64,000 nt of DNA from an uncultured Verrucomicrobiae bacterium (GCA_963750185.1 CAVVPV010000028.1:57435-121434); one strand, 5' to 3'. Shown: positions 36,447-44,943, numbered from the stretch's first letter. The notes: generated by a model from the letters alone, not told the origin. A program made the numbers and translations.

Positions 36447-37241
36447 CTACTTGGTCTCCATTTCCTGGTCCCACGGTTTTGCCAGCTGGTGGAGGAGCGC
36501 TTTGGCCTGTAATGGCGGCAATTGTGGAAAAACTGAAAGGATTCGTGCGAGTAGCGCCGTCACGTGAGGGGCGGCGAAACTGCTACCTGAGGTCGATTTT
36601 CGCCTTCTGTTGCGCCACGGAACATCGACTTTTTCGCCATTCGCCACAAACTCCACAAGCGCCCCCGGTCGATAATACAACTCTTCCGAGTGAAGCTGGC
36701 GAAAGTCGACGGTAATCACCGAAGCAAAGGACCCCGGCCACTCCGGTTGACGAAAATCTACATTGCTGCAAGCGGCAACGATGTGGGTCCCTTTAAGGTA
36801 CGCTTCGTCCACCCAGCTCTTATATCGAAGGATATGATCCGGCAAGCCACACCCAAAACTGCAATTCAGTATTTCGTAGTTGCGCGCCAACGCTTGGCGC
36901 GCGCCTTCGCGCACTATATCGGTCTTCGACATGTTAAATGCATCTAAGATGCGGAAACTGCCGATTTCAGCCTCGGGTGCCAGGCGATGAATGATTCCGG
37001 CGATGGCTGTACCGTGGCCAAATACGTCCGTATTTTCCCCCTGCTTGACCTCAGGTTGCACTCCGGACTCTGCGATCTGTAGATCGTCTGCGGACTTGAG
37101 CCCGGCCAGGTCTGGATGATCGAACTCGATGCCGCTGTCGAGAACCGCTATGCGCACGCCTTTGCCGGAGCCGTGCAGCATCGCTTGCCGGGCTCTATCC
37201 AGGTCGATCCACATGGGTGTCGAATCTAAGCTGCGTTCCAT
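36447..37241 (-). CDS. Subtilisin-like S8 serine peptidase, no signal peptide or prodomain
   Basis: 264 aa. Catalytic triad contexts: AVLDSGIEFDHPDL (Asp), FGHGTAIAGII (His), TSGSSFAAPHVTA (Ser). It overlaps the upstream GAF gene by 16 nt. Confidence 0.88.
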   Translation of the reverse strand: MERSLDSTPMWIDLDRARQAMLHGSGKGVRIAVLDSGIEFDHPDLAGLKSADDLQIAESGVQPEVKQGENTDVFGHGTAIAGIIHRLAPEAEIGSFRILDAFNMSKTDIVREGARQALARNYEILNCSFGCGLPDHILRYKSWVDEAYLKGTHIVAACSNVDFRQPEWPGSFASVITVDFRQLHSEELYYRPGALVEFVANGEKVDVPWRNRRRKSTSGSSFAAPHVTALLARILSVFPQLPPLQAKALLHQLAKPWDQEMETK

Positions 37242-37834
37242 CCCAACGCCTCGCGCAACATTTGGAAGTCGATGAGATCGCGCATGATCGATGCGCCGTC
37301 CTTCAATGCGAGCAAGTCCTTTCGAGCGAAGCCGGGAGGAATAGGTCCGACCGGGACGGCTTGCCCTGCCGCAAGGTAAGCGTCGATCAGCTGTACGCAG
37401 GTAATGACACCTCGCCGCTGATTGAGAAAATAGAACGGAACTACGATCATCGCATAGGTTGTTTGATTTAGCAGGCGATTGAGTTCATGATCGTGCTCGA
37501 CGTTCTTGTAGACTTCGTTTTCGACCAGGCCCTGCTCAGTCGCGAATGTTGCGCTAACGAGACCCTTGGAAAGCGATTGCGCGAAGCCGATTACCTTCTG
37601 TGCGTTTGGACCGCTATTATAAGCAATGACCAGATTCTTTTTTTCTGTGTCCAGAAGCCAGATGCTGCCTTCCGCTGCGCCGACGGCGCCAAAGGTCCGT
37701 TCCAGAAACCGAAAAATGATAGGATCGCAGAAATCCACGAAGTTTCGGTGATCGATCAGTCGGGCCATTTTTGCCAGTTGGTCCTGCAGCGCTGGTTTTA
37801 GATCAAGAAAAACTTCGCTTGGAATAAAATTCAT
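37226..37834 (-). CDS. GAF-domain protein
   Basis: 202 aa with a GAF-like pattern: GAAEGSIWLLDTEKKNLVIAYNSGPNA...GLVSATF...VVPFYFLNQRRGVITCVQLID. Confidence 0.7.
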   Translation of the reverse strand: MNFIPSEVFLDLKPALQDQLAKMARLIDHRNFVDFCDPIIFRFLERTFGAVGAAEGSIWLLDTEKKNLVIAYNSGPNAQKVIGFAQSLSKGLVSATFATEQGLVENEVYKNVEHDHELNRLLNQTTYAMIVVPFYFLNQRRGVITCVQLIDAYLAAGQAVPVGPIPPGFARKDLLALKDGASIMRDLIDFQMLREALGWNAA

Positions 37835-37908
37835 GGTGGTATATCAAAAAACAAGCGCACGGCTTCCTTTCCGCGCGCTTGAACGATAGATGGATGCTGG
37901 TTGCCCTA

Positions 37909-38085
37909 CTATATGTAGTTCACGGCTTGGCAGTTCCAACAGACAAAATAGTTCCAGGAGTCCGGCGCGTAATTTACTAAGTGGCAGTTCCAGCAAATGT
38001 AGTTGCTACGCCCTCCGGCTTCTGCTTCCTTCTTGGCAACGCCGCCTTCTTTATCTGGTTTCTTTCCCGTTTTTTCTTCTGGCAT
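37909..38085 (-). CDS. Small zinc-ribbon-like protein (58 aa), below the ORF-track cutoff
   Basis: My translation is MPEEKTGKKPDKEGGVAKKEAEAGGRSNYICWNCHLVNYAPDSWNYFVCWNCQAVNYI. It has two CWNC knuckles 16 residues apart inside a duplicated NY..CWNC..VNY unit. A Shine-Dalgarno-like gaaaggaaagtt precedes the ATG. The ORF lies 74 nt upstream of the GAF gene on the same strand. Confidence 0.5.
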   Translation of the reverse strand: MPEEKTGKKPDKEGGVAKKEAEAGGRSNYICWNCHLVNYAPDSWNYFVCWNCQAVNYI

Positions 38086-38258
38086 AACTTTCCTTTCGTT
38101 CTGTTTTGGGTTTGAACCGGAGCAAATCCGGCATACAGACTTTCATTTAAAGGACGAAGATTATTTGAGATTTTGCATGAAAATTTTACCGGCGAGCGGT
38201 CGCGCGATTAGGTTCAAGGTACTTTGTTGCGATTAAAATGGGCCGCCGGCAAGGCGGC

Positions 38259-38320
38259 GTAGGCGAAGCGTCCCCGCTTTGCTTCTTCCCGAGAGTGCAA
38301 AGCGAGGACGCTTCGCCTAC
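38259..38320. repeat. 62-bp palindromic element, family GTAGGCGAAGCGTCCCCGCTTTGC (copy 1)
   Basis: gtaggcgaagcgtccccgctttgc - 14 nt - gcaaagcgaggacgcttcgcctac. Intergenic. Confidence 0.9.
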
Positions 38321-38492
38321 ATCGCATGGCCGTCGGCCAATTTTCATCGCAACCCTCTGGGCCGGAGCCAGTTGGCTGTTTTTCTGCGTTGCTCTCTCGA
38401 CCCGTATCAGTAAGATATGGGTCTTCGTTCGCGCCTTGAAAAAACAGCCAACTGACTTCGGGCAAAGTACCTCCTATTTCGGGGACAGGACA

Positions 38493-38978
38493 CTAGAGTT
38501 CGTATCTGACAGGCTTCGTCTCACGCGGGACGTAGAGAGGGTGGTATGGATAGCCGGCTTTCGTTCTTTTAAGACAATACAAATCAATTTGCGATAGGAT
38601 CTTTAATACGCGCGTGCATCGATCCTGATGGCGACCAAGAGTCCCCCATGCTGCGATCACCAGTTCAGTGTCGCAGACCGCTTGGAGGATGCACCGATCA
38701 TTCTCCGGTCCGACCGGATCCGGCTCTGTGTAAAGCCGGGTCGGGTCGGTCGAGACCAGCGCAAACAGGTTGGTCATGATGAATCCGTTGCATCCCCAGG
38801 CAGTGGAAAACTCGCGGATGCGCCGAAGCGTGGGGTCGAGCCGGGTCTCATCGGCAACACTGGGATTTAGCCCTATCCATGTACATAGCATTGGGGCAAA
38901 TAGAGATTCCCAGGTATGCTTGAGCAAATATCGGTACCTGCGATCAGGACTAAAAACAGAGTCGTTCTGCATCACCAA
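38493..38978 (-). CDS. DUF1643 family protein
   Basis: 161 aa. The blocks RYRYLLKHTW...WIGLNPSVADETRLDPTLRRI...GFIMTNLFA...VIAAWG...HPLY match my memory of the DUF1643 pattern. Confidence 0.7.
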   Translation of the reverse strand: MVMQNDSVFSPDRRYRYLLKHTWESLFAPMLCTWIGLNPSVADETRLDPTLRRIREFSTAWGCNGFIMTNLFALVSTDPTRLYTEPDPVGPENDRCILQAVCDTELVIAAWGTLGRHQDRCTRVLKILSQIDLYCLKRTKAGYPYHPLYVPRETKPVRYEL

Positions 38979-39001
38979 GCCTTCTACTGTTCTGCGCCCC
39001 G

Positions 39002-39403
39002 TTACTGTATAAGGCTTTGAAGGAACTCTCGGCGCTCGTTGATGAGTCGGATGAGGTTAGAATGCACATCCTCCATCAGCGCGCTGCCGCCGACTGCACC
39101 ATCGCTGTATGCTCGCATCACGGCTTCTGCGTCGCGCCACTTTATCCAAGCACGTTCGGCCCCAACCAATGCATTTTTGAAGTTACTGGCGCCGGGCTCT
39201 CCTGCTTTGATACGACCGTCCAGGATAGCGAGGATCCTTTGATAATCGAGATCGAGATCGGCATTCGCTTCTTCAATTCGCTTGTTCTGAACTCTCAGGT
39301 CGTCATTCTCTGAAGCGTTGCTTTGAGCGGCGCTCATGCAAATGCCTACCGCCGCTAGGACAGCGATGAGGCGCATCAGTCTGATAGCTTCATAGTCCAA
39401 CAT
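39002..39403 (-). CDS. DUF1311 / LprI-like (lysozyme-inhibitor family) secreted protein
   Basis: Signal peptide MRLIAVLAAVGICMSAAQS. DUF1311-type helices are present (LDLDYQRILAIL...AERAWIKWRDAEA...GGSA...LINERREFL). It overlaps the upstream SLT-like gene by 14 nt. Confidence 0.65.
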   Translation of the reverse strand: MLDYEAIRLMRLIAVLAAVGICMSAAQSNASENDDLRVQNKRIEEANADLDLDYQRILAILDGRIKAGEPGASNFKNALVGAERAWIKWRDAEAVMRAYSDGAVGGSALMEDVHSNLIRLINERREFLQSLIQ

Positions 39404-40298
39404 TTTTCTTCGTCAATGCTACGATTTGGTCCAATTTGTGCCCGGCTCTGAGCGTCGACCAATACCTTGCCGCTCCACGAAATTTGCCGCTAGCGCTGTT
39501 TGCGACCGTTTTGTCTCGCTCGACAAGTGTGGCAAAGATTATCACGGCGCACCTAAGGTTCACCAGTGGGTCATCCAAGCTCCCCGCCGCTTGGCTGAGA
39601 GGCTCCAGTTTGTAGCTCTCTTGATCCTGGTAGCTGAGTTGTAAAAGTCCTATAGAGTCCACGCCGAGAGGAGGCGGTTCGTGGTAAACATCACGCGGAT
39701 TCCAGCTCGACTCAAATTTGGCGACTGCGATGAGCAGCTCGGCCCAGAACTTGATACGAAGAGCAGGTGACAGCGTGCTGTAGCCGTCAATGAACGCATT
39801 GGGATTGCCAAGCTCTAGCTGGGCGATGCGGTCTGTGACAGAGGCGATAAGCTGAGCAGACCAAGCTTTTCGCAGTAGCACGGTATCCCAACTCAGGTTA
39901 GTTGGTTTGAGCGGATCGCCCGCATCCGGTTTCGGAGCCTCGACTAACCTGGCGACGGCGAGAGAAGTGTCGCTCCCTTTGATTGAGACAATAGGACAAT
40001 AAAGGATGACAGACTGGCCGTTGTCTGCCATCTGCTTGACGAAGCCGGCGCTTTTTGCGGAGTCGACCGAGTAGGTGTCGCCGGTTTGCGCAAATAGGCC
40101 GTTGGGTGTCGGAACAAGTCGAATATCTTGTAGCTTCTCAGTACGGGGTTGAAAGGAGGCTAAATTCACCGGCACTCCAGCCTTCGTACCTTTGCTTAGA
40201 TCAACTAGCTCAGATCCTGCATCTTCCTGGCTTTGTATGCCGGTGTGAAGATCTTCTAATGAGATGGTTAGAGGTGCATCGAGTATCTTTAAGGCCAT
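39390..40298 (-). CDS. Protein with a C-terminal SLT-like lytic transglycosylase/lysozyme-like domain and an unknown N-terminal domain
   Basis: 302 aa. AVAKFESSWNPRDV...VDSIGLLQLSY resembles the SLT catalytic E-S and GLMQ motifs. No signal peptide is visible. Confidence 0.6.
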   Translation of the reverse strand: MALKILDAPLTISLEDLHTGIQSQEDAGSELVDLSKGTKAGVPVNLASFQPRTEKLQDIRLVPTPNGLFAQTGDTYSVDSAKSAGFVKQMADNGQSVILYCPIVSIKGSDTSLAVARLVEAPKPDAGDPLKPTNLSWDTVLLRKAWSAQLIASVTDRIAQLELGNPNAFIDGYSTLSPALRIKFWAELLIAVAKFESSWNPRDVYHEPPPLGVDSIGLLQLSYQDQESYKLEPLSQAAGSLDDPLVNLRCAVIIFATLVERDKTVANSASGKFRGAARYWSTLRAGHKLDQIVALTKKNVGL

Positions 40299-40367
40299 GT
40301 GATTCTTCCTCTCTTCGAGCCGAAACTCGTGCTTGCTTGGGTTTTGGTTGAATACTTTCTTTGGCTG

Positions 40368-41561
40368 TCAAATGGTGCCGGCCGTATCGGGAACATCTTT
40401 TGGCGTACAAATTGGTACGGAGCTCAGAGCGGGTGAGAGAAGCGCGCCGTTTGTACTCGGAACACTTTTTGGGGTGGAAATCGGTACAGAGGTAATTGCG
40501 GGCGGTAATTTAGACGCGCCATTTCCCTGCGACAATGCCGGTTTCTGATCGACGACGGTGACCGTGGCTTTATTGCTGTCCTCCGAATCGACAGTGACTG
40601 CAATTGCCGTCTGTCCCACGGAAAACGGCGGAGCGGACACCGTCAGTACGATCGAAGTGTCGCTCCAACTCTTGACGACCACGGGTTGATCCGGGGCGAT
40701 TCCCTGCAATGTTATGACACTGCCAAGTTGAGTGGCACCGAAGGAGCTCCCGGTAAGAGCTACGTCGGCACCGATCGACACGTACGTCGGAGTCACCTTC
40801 GAAATCGTAGGCGTGGTCGTAACAATAAGTTTCTTGCCAAGATAGGCGCCATGGCCCAATCCCATCAACACCATCAGAGCAGGATCGATATCTGGCAGAC
40901 TCTTGAAATTATAGATGTCATGAATAGTCCTTGCGACACTTGCGAGATAAGCGCCGATCGCAATGATCGTCCAGCCAATCACCTGGATCTTGGTCAAATC
41001 AATCGCTCCACTGTCATCTTTAACGAGATCACCGGATCGCGCATCGTCCGGGTTAATATGGTCCTTCGTACCCGTTCCGTTGTTCAGTTGGTTAACGGTA
41101 ATGCCCTTAGCCGCTACTGCCGAAGCAATGCTGAAGCCCATCGCAAGGAGCAAATTGCCGGGTATATCAGGTCCAGGAGAAACGGCATTTCCGGTGCCTA
41201 TCCGCGCGGCGTACAGGCTCGCGTACGCGAAGAGTGCGGTGAGCGTCCATAAAAAGAATTGAAACTTTGAAGTGCTCAAGCGGTTATCAGCACCTCGTAT
41301 AATCTCCAGTGCGTTCCAACTCCCGGCCAGAAAGCGATAAAACGCCCACAACAGCAACAAAACTGCGATCCCTACGAGAAACGAAGAGCTTCGGCACAGC
41401 GTAAGAATCGACTGTGAAAGCGACCACACGCAAGCCCCTAGCGCCTTTTGCTGCCAAAAAAATACAACCGTCAGGATCACGAGCAACCAGAACACGTACT
41501 TTGCTACGGAGTTCCCGTTAGCCGAGATCTTGGCGAACCGCCTTTTAATCTGATCATTCAT
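40368..41561 (-). CDS. Polytopic membrane protein with a C-terminal IPT/TIG-like domain
   Basis: 397 aa with several hydrophobic helices. It then has TPTISKVTPTYVSIGADVALTGSSFG...VVVKSWSDTSIVLTVSA (IPT/TIG-like beta sandwich). The tail is an 18-aa duplication (ITSVPISTPKSVPSTNGA / LSSVPICTPKDVPDTAGT). Confidence 0.6.
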   Translation of the reverse strand: MNDQIKRRFAKISANGNSVAKYVFWLLVILTVVFFWQQKALGACVWSLSQSILTLCRSSSFLVGIAVLLLLWAFYRFLAGSWNALEIIRGADNRLSTSKFQFFLWTLTALFAYASLYAARIGTGNAVSPGPDIPGNLLLAMGFSIASAVAAKGITVNQLNNGTGTKDHINPDDARSGDLVKDDSGAIDLTKIQVIGWTIIAIGAYLASVARTIHDIYNFKSLPDIDPALMVLMGLGHGAYLGKKLIVTTTPTISKVTPTYVSIGADVALTGSSFGATQLGSVITLQGIAPDQPVVVKSWSDTSIVLTVSAPPFSVGQTAIAVTVDSEDSNKATVTVVDQKPALSQGNGASKLPPAITSVPISTPKSVPSTNGALLSPALSSVPICTPKDVPDTAGTI

Positions 41562-42055
41562 GGGATTCAGGAAATTTGACTAGAACCGTAAATTGCATCT
41601 GAAAACATCAAGCCAGCTCAGGGATTTGAATTCATACTCATACGACCAGCAGATCCCACGCGGAGAACATAGCCCGAACCTCATTTTGTGACGGCTAACT
41701 CCCTCGAGGATACGGGGCTCTTCCCATGAGCGTACAGAATGTACCTCCTGCATCCGCCGGTTATGTAATCACGAGATATGGCTATTGCCAAGATTAATTC
41801 GAGCATGATTGGCTCATCGAATTGTCTGGCCGGCCGAATAGCCGCTTGAGGTGTCGAGAGGGCTGCGAGCGGTGGTAAACGTGACGTGTTATCAAAAGTC
41901 TGCAGCAAATTGCGAAAATGAGGGTTCAAACTGTTCAGATGGAACGCCGCGTGCTCAATTGTGAATGATTTTTAAATAAGCTGGCCAAAGCACGGAAACA
42001 GAAGGTCATCATTCCGCATATCCACTTTCAATACCACATTTGCTAGTTGTGATTG

Positions 42056-43063
42056 CTAGGCGGAATCGATCGCTACCGGTTGCCCGGTGCGGGCGGATTC
42101 GTATGCTGCCAGTGCCACGCGCATCGCCTGGTAGCCATCATTCCAGGTAACGGAAGAATCCCGGTTCTCCCGGATGCTTCCGACAAACTCCTCCAACATT
42201 GCCTGGTTGGGATCAGGACCAAACCCGATCCAGCTCGGGTCGCGTGTGGCTCCGCGCGAATACAGCGTCAAATGCTGGGCAAAGGCATCCAGAACGACAG
42301 TACCTTTTTCACCCACAAGTTCCATCTTTACATGCCCCCATCGCGGGTAGGATCTCGGACGGCTCCAGCTGCAGTCAATGCTTGCCTGCACACCGTTGGA
42401 AAGCGTCAACAGGATGAGCCCGGCCGTATCCACATCGAGCTCATTCCGAAGAAACGGGTTCTCCACTTCGGCGTACACGTCTGCGACTTCGGCGTCGAAG
42501 AACCAGCGAAGCAGATCGACGAGGTGGACAGTATGATCCATGATTGCCCCGCCTCCAGCGAGTTGCTTGTCGGCGAACCAGGTCCTGTGACCTTTGGGGA
42601 TCTCGCTATGGTTGATCCCGCTGATTCCCAGGACCCGTCCGAGCTCTCCATTCTTGAGTATGGTTCGTGCAACGCGAGTCGATGGAGCAAAACGCATCGG
42701 AAACGCGGTCATGAACCGAACACGCTTATCCTGGCAGATTCTCCTCATCGCTTCAGCGTCGGCAACATTGGTGGCGATCGGTTTCTCGCATAGAATTTCG
42801 CATTTAGCCTCGGCCGCGAGTTTCACCAGCTCCAGGTGATTGGCGTTCTCCGAGCAGACTACGACCCCGTCGAGTCGTTCGGCCAGCAGCGCCCGATGGT
42901 CCGGGAACCAGTGCACATCGAATTCTTGAGAGAAACGCCGGCCTTCTTCCGGATTTTCGTGGGAGAACCCCACGAGGTCCACACCCGGGATGCTCTTTAG
43001 ATTGGCCTGGTATCCCTCCGCATGACCGTGCGCGAAGCTCAAAATTCCAATTCGTGTGGTCAT
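42056..43063 (-). CDS. Gfo/Idh/MocA family oxidoreductase
   Basis: I placed the start at MTTRIGILSFAHGHAEGY (ATG at 43063). It has a Rossmann N-terminus and an EKP motif (CEKPIA). The track's 99-codon extension overlaps the upstream gene. Confidence 0.85.
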   Translation of the reverse strand: MTTRIGILSFAHGHAEGYQANLKSIPGVDLVGFSHENPEEGRRFSQEFDVHWFPDHRALLAERLDGVVVCSENANHLELVKLAAEAKCEILCEKPIATNVADAEAMRRICQDKRVRFMTAFPMRFAPSTRVARTILKNGELGRVLGISGINHSEIPKGHRTWFADKQLAGGGAIMDHTVHLVDLLRWFFDAEVADVYAEVENPFLRNELDVDTAGLILLTLSNGVQASIDCSWSRPRSYPRWGHVKMELVGEKGTVVLDAFAQHLTLYSRGATRDPSWIGFGPDPNQAMLEEFVGSIRENRDSSVTWNDGYQAMRVALAAYESARTGQPVAIDSA

Positions 43064-43101
43064 TTCTATGTCCGAAAATGCTGAATCTGCTAATTTAAAT
43101 C

Positions 43102-44097
43102 TTAGGTCTCCCTCCGAAACGAAACTGGTTTGCCTGTTACCAATGAATCTCGGACAGCCAGACTGATGCGGAGCGCCTCGAGCGCATCGACTGCGGTGAC
43201 CTCGAACGGTGACCCCGTGGAGATTGCCTCGTAAGCGTGTCGGATTTCGAAGGCATATGGATCTTCCGAAAGCGCCGCAACTGGCAAACCGACGGATTCC
43301 GCCTTGTTTCGCGCTTGGGGAAAGTGAGTCTGAATTGGGAGAGGTTGATCGGAATTCCACTCGATCAGGCCATCGGTTCCAGAAATATCGAATCCGGTGC
43401 GGAATAGCCCAGGCGGGTAAGCCCAGCCCCCTTCAACGAGTGCCAGCGCACCGCTTCTGAAGCGGATAACTGCCTGGACATATCGGACCGGGCCGGAGTT
43501 CCCTTGGTTTCCTCGCGCGAAGATCCGCTCCACATCGCCACCCACCCACCGAGCGTAATCGAAGTCATGAATCATCAGGTCCAGAACTACCCCGCCCGAT
43601 CTGGACTCATCGGTATACCAGTTATCGACTGATTTCACCGGCTGGTAGGCCATCCGCTTCAGTCGGAGCACACCGAGCTGTCCAATTCGACCCTGGGCCA
43701 CGAGTTCTTTAGCCGCGCGGTACTGAGGGAAAAACCGCACAACCATCCCAACGAAGAGACGCACGCCGCCAGCGGCGCAAGCGTCGATCATGGCTTGCGC
43801 GTCTGGGAGCGTCAGAGCGACCGGTTTTTCGCAGATCACATGTTTTCCTGCCCGGGCCGCCTCGATGGCCATTACCTTGTGCAGGTGCGTTGGCGTGCAG
43901 ATGTCGACAATATCGACATGATTGATCAGCTCCTGGTAGCTACCAAATCCAATGATCCCATATTGCTGAGCCAGCGCCGCGCTTTGCGACGGGTGTGCGG
44001 AGGTGCAACAGACTAGCTCGGCCCCCGCCGTCCGCCAAGCGGCCGCGTGAACTGCGCCCATCGTTCCGGTTCCAGCGATTCCGACGCGCATGGACAT
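43102..44097 (-). CDS. Gfo/Idh/MocA family oxidoreductase
   Basis: 331 aa with MRVGIAGTGTMGAVHA and CEKPVALT motifs. Confidence 0.87.
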   Translation of the reverse strand: MSMRVGIAGTGTMGAVHAAAWRTAGAELVCCTSAHPSQSAALAQQYGIIGFGSYQELINHVDIVDICTPTHLHKVMAIEAARAGKHVICEKPVALTLPDAQAMIDACAAGGVRLFVGMVVRFFPQYRAAKELVAQGRIGQLGVLRLKRMAYQPVKSVDNWYTDESRSGGVVLDLMIHDFDYARWVGGDVERIFARGNQGNSGPVRYVQAVIRFRSGALALVEGGWAYPPGLFRTGFDISGTDGLIEWNSDQPLPIQTHFPQARNKAESVGLPVAALSEDPYAFEIRHAYEAISTGSPFEVTAVDALEALRISLAVRDSLVTGKPVSFRRET

Positions 44098-44102
44098 GGT
44101 CT

Positions 44103-44939
44103 TTACTTCACCGCTCCGGAAGTTATGCCGCGAATGAGTTGCCGGGAAAACACCACGTAGAGAAGCACTGGCGGCAGAATGGCAAGGGTCAATGCGGCGA
44201 GCACTGCGTTGTAGTCATTCACGAATTCGCCCAGAAAAGCCTGCGCTCCCAGTACCAGAGTTTTGGTGGATTCGCCAGGTGCGAGAATGAGCGGAAACCA
44301 GAGATCATTCCAGATCGGGATCATGGAGATCGCAAGAACAGAACCGAGCGCCGGTCGCACAAGGGGAAGGATCAGCCAGTAAATTCGATATTCGCTGGCC
44401 CCGTCAATGCGAGCGGCGTCCGTGAGATCCTTGGGCAATTGCCGCATAAAGACTGTCAGCACAAAGACGGCAAGCGGAATCCCTTGAGCGGTATAGACCA
44501 GAATCAGTGACCAGAGAGTGTTGACCAGGTGAAGGTCCACCATGATGCGCAGAATGCCCACCGTACCGAGGCGGATCGGTACCATGATCCCGATTGCCAG
44601 ATAAAGTCCGGTTAAAGAATTGAATCTGAATTTATATTCTGCCAGTGCGAAGGCAGCCATGGAGCTGACGAAAAGGATCAAGACCAGGGACCCGGCTGTC
44701 ACCAGGAAGCTATTGAGAAAAAACAAGTCGAAACGCGCCGTCGTTCCAAGCGTTCTATAGCCATCGAGCGTAAAGGTAGTTGCGTTCGGCAATTCAAACG
44801 GCGCCGTAAAGATCGTCAACCTGTCTTTGAACGAATTCAGGATAATCAGCACCACCGGGAACAGCGCCAGCGCGGAATAAAGCAAGAGCGTGGCGTGCGC
44901 GGCCAAACCTCTCGAGACCCTGAGGAATGATTTCTCCAT
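44103..44939 (-). CDS. Carbohydrate ABC transporter permease (MalG-like)
   Basis: Six-TM permease with the EAA-loop region DAARIDGASEYRIYWLILPLVRPAL. I placed the start at MEKSFLR (44939). Confidence 0.87.
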   Translation of the reverse strand: MEKSFLRVSRGLAAHATLLLYSALALFPVVLIILNSFKDRLTIFTAPFELPNATTFTLDGYRTLGTTARFDLFFLNSFLVTAGSLVLILFVSSMAAFALAEYKFRFNSLTGLYLAIGIMVPIRLGTVGILRIMVDLHLVNTLWSLILVYTAQGIPLAVFVLTVFMRQLPKDLTDAARIDGASEYRIYWLILPLVRPALGSVLAISMIPIWNDLWFPLILAPGESTKTLVLGAQAFLGEFVNDYNAVLAALTLAILPPVLLYVVFSRQLIRGITSGAVK

Positions 44940-44943
44940 TGAA

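Noticed and set aside
36447-38085. Reading the zinc-ribbon ORF + S8 protease as a lanthipeptide-like precursor/LanP pair
   Set aside because: There are no LanB/LanC/LanM or other modification enzymes. The Cys spacing fits a zinc ribbon better than thioether rings. The S8 protein lacks a secretion signal.
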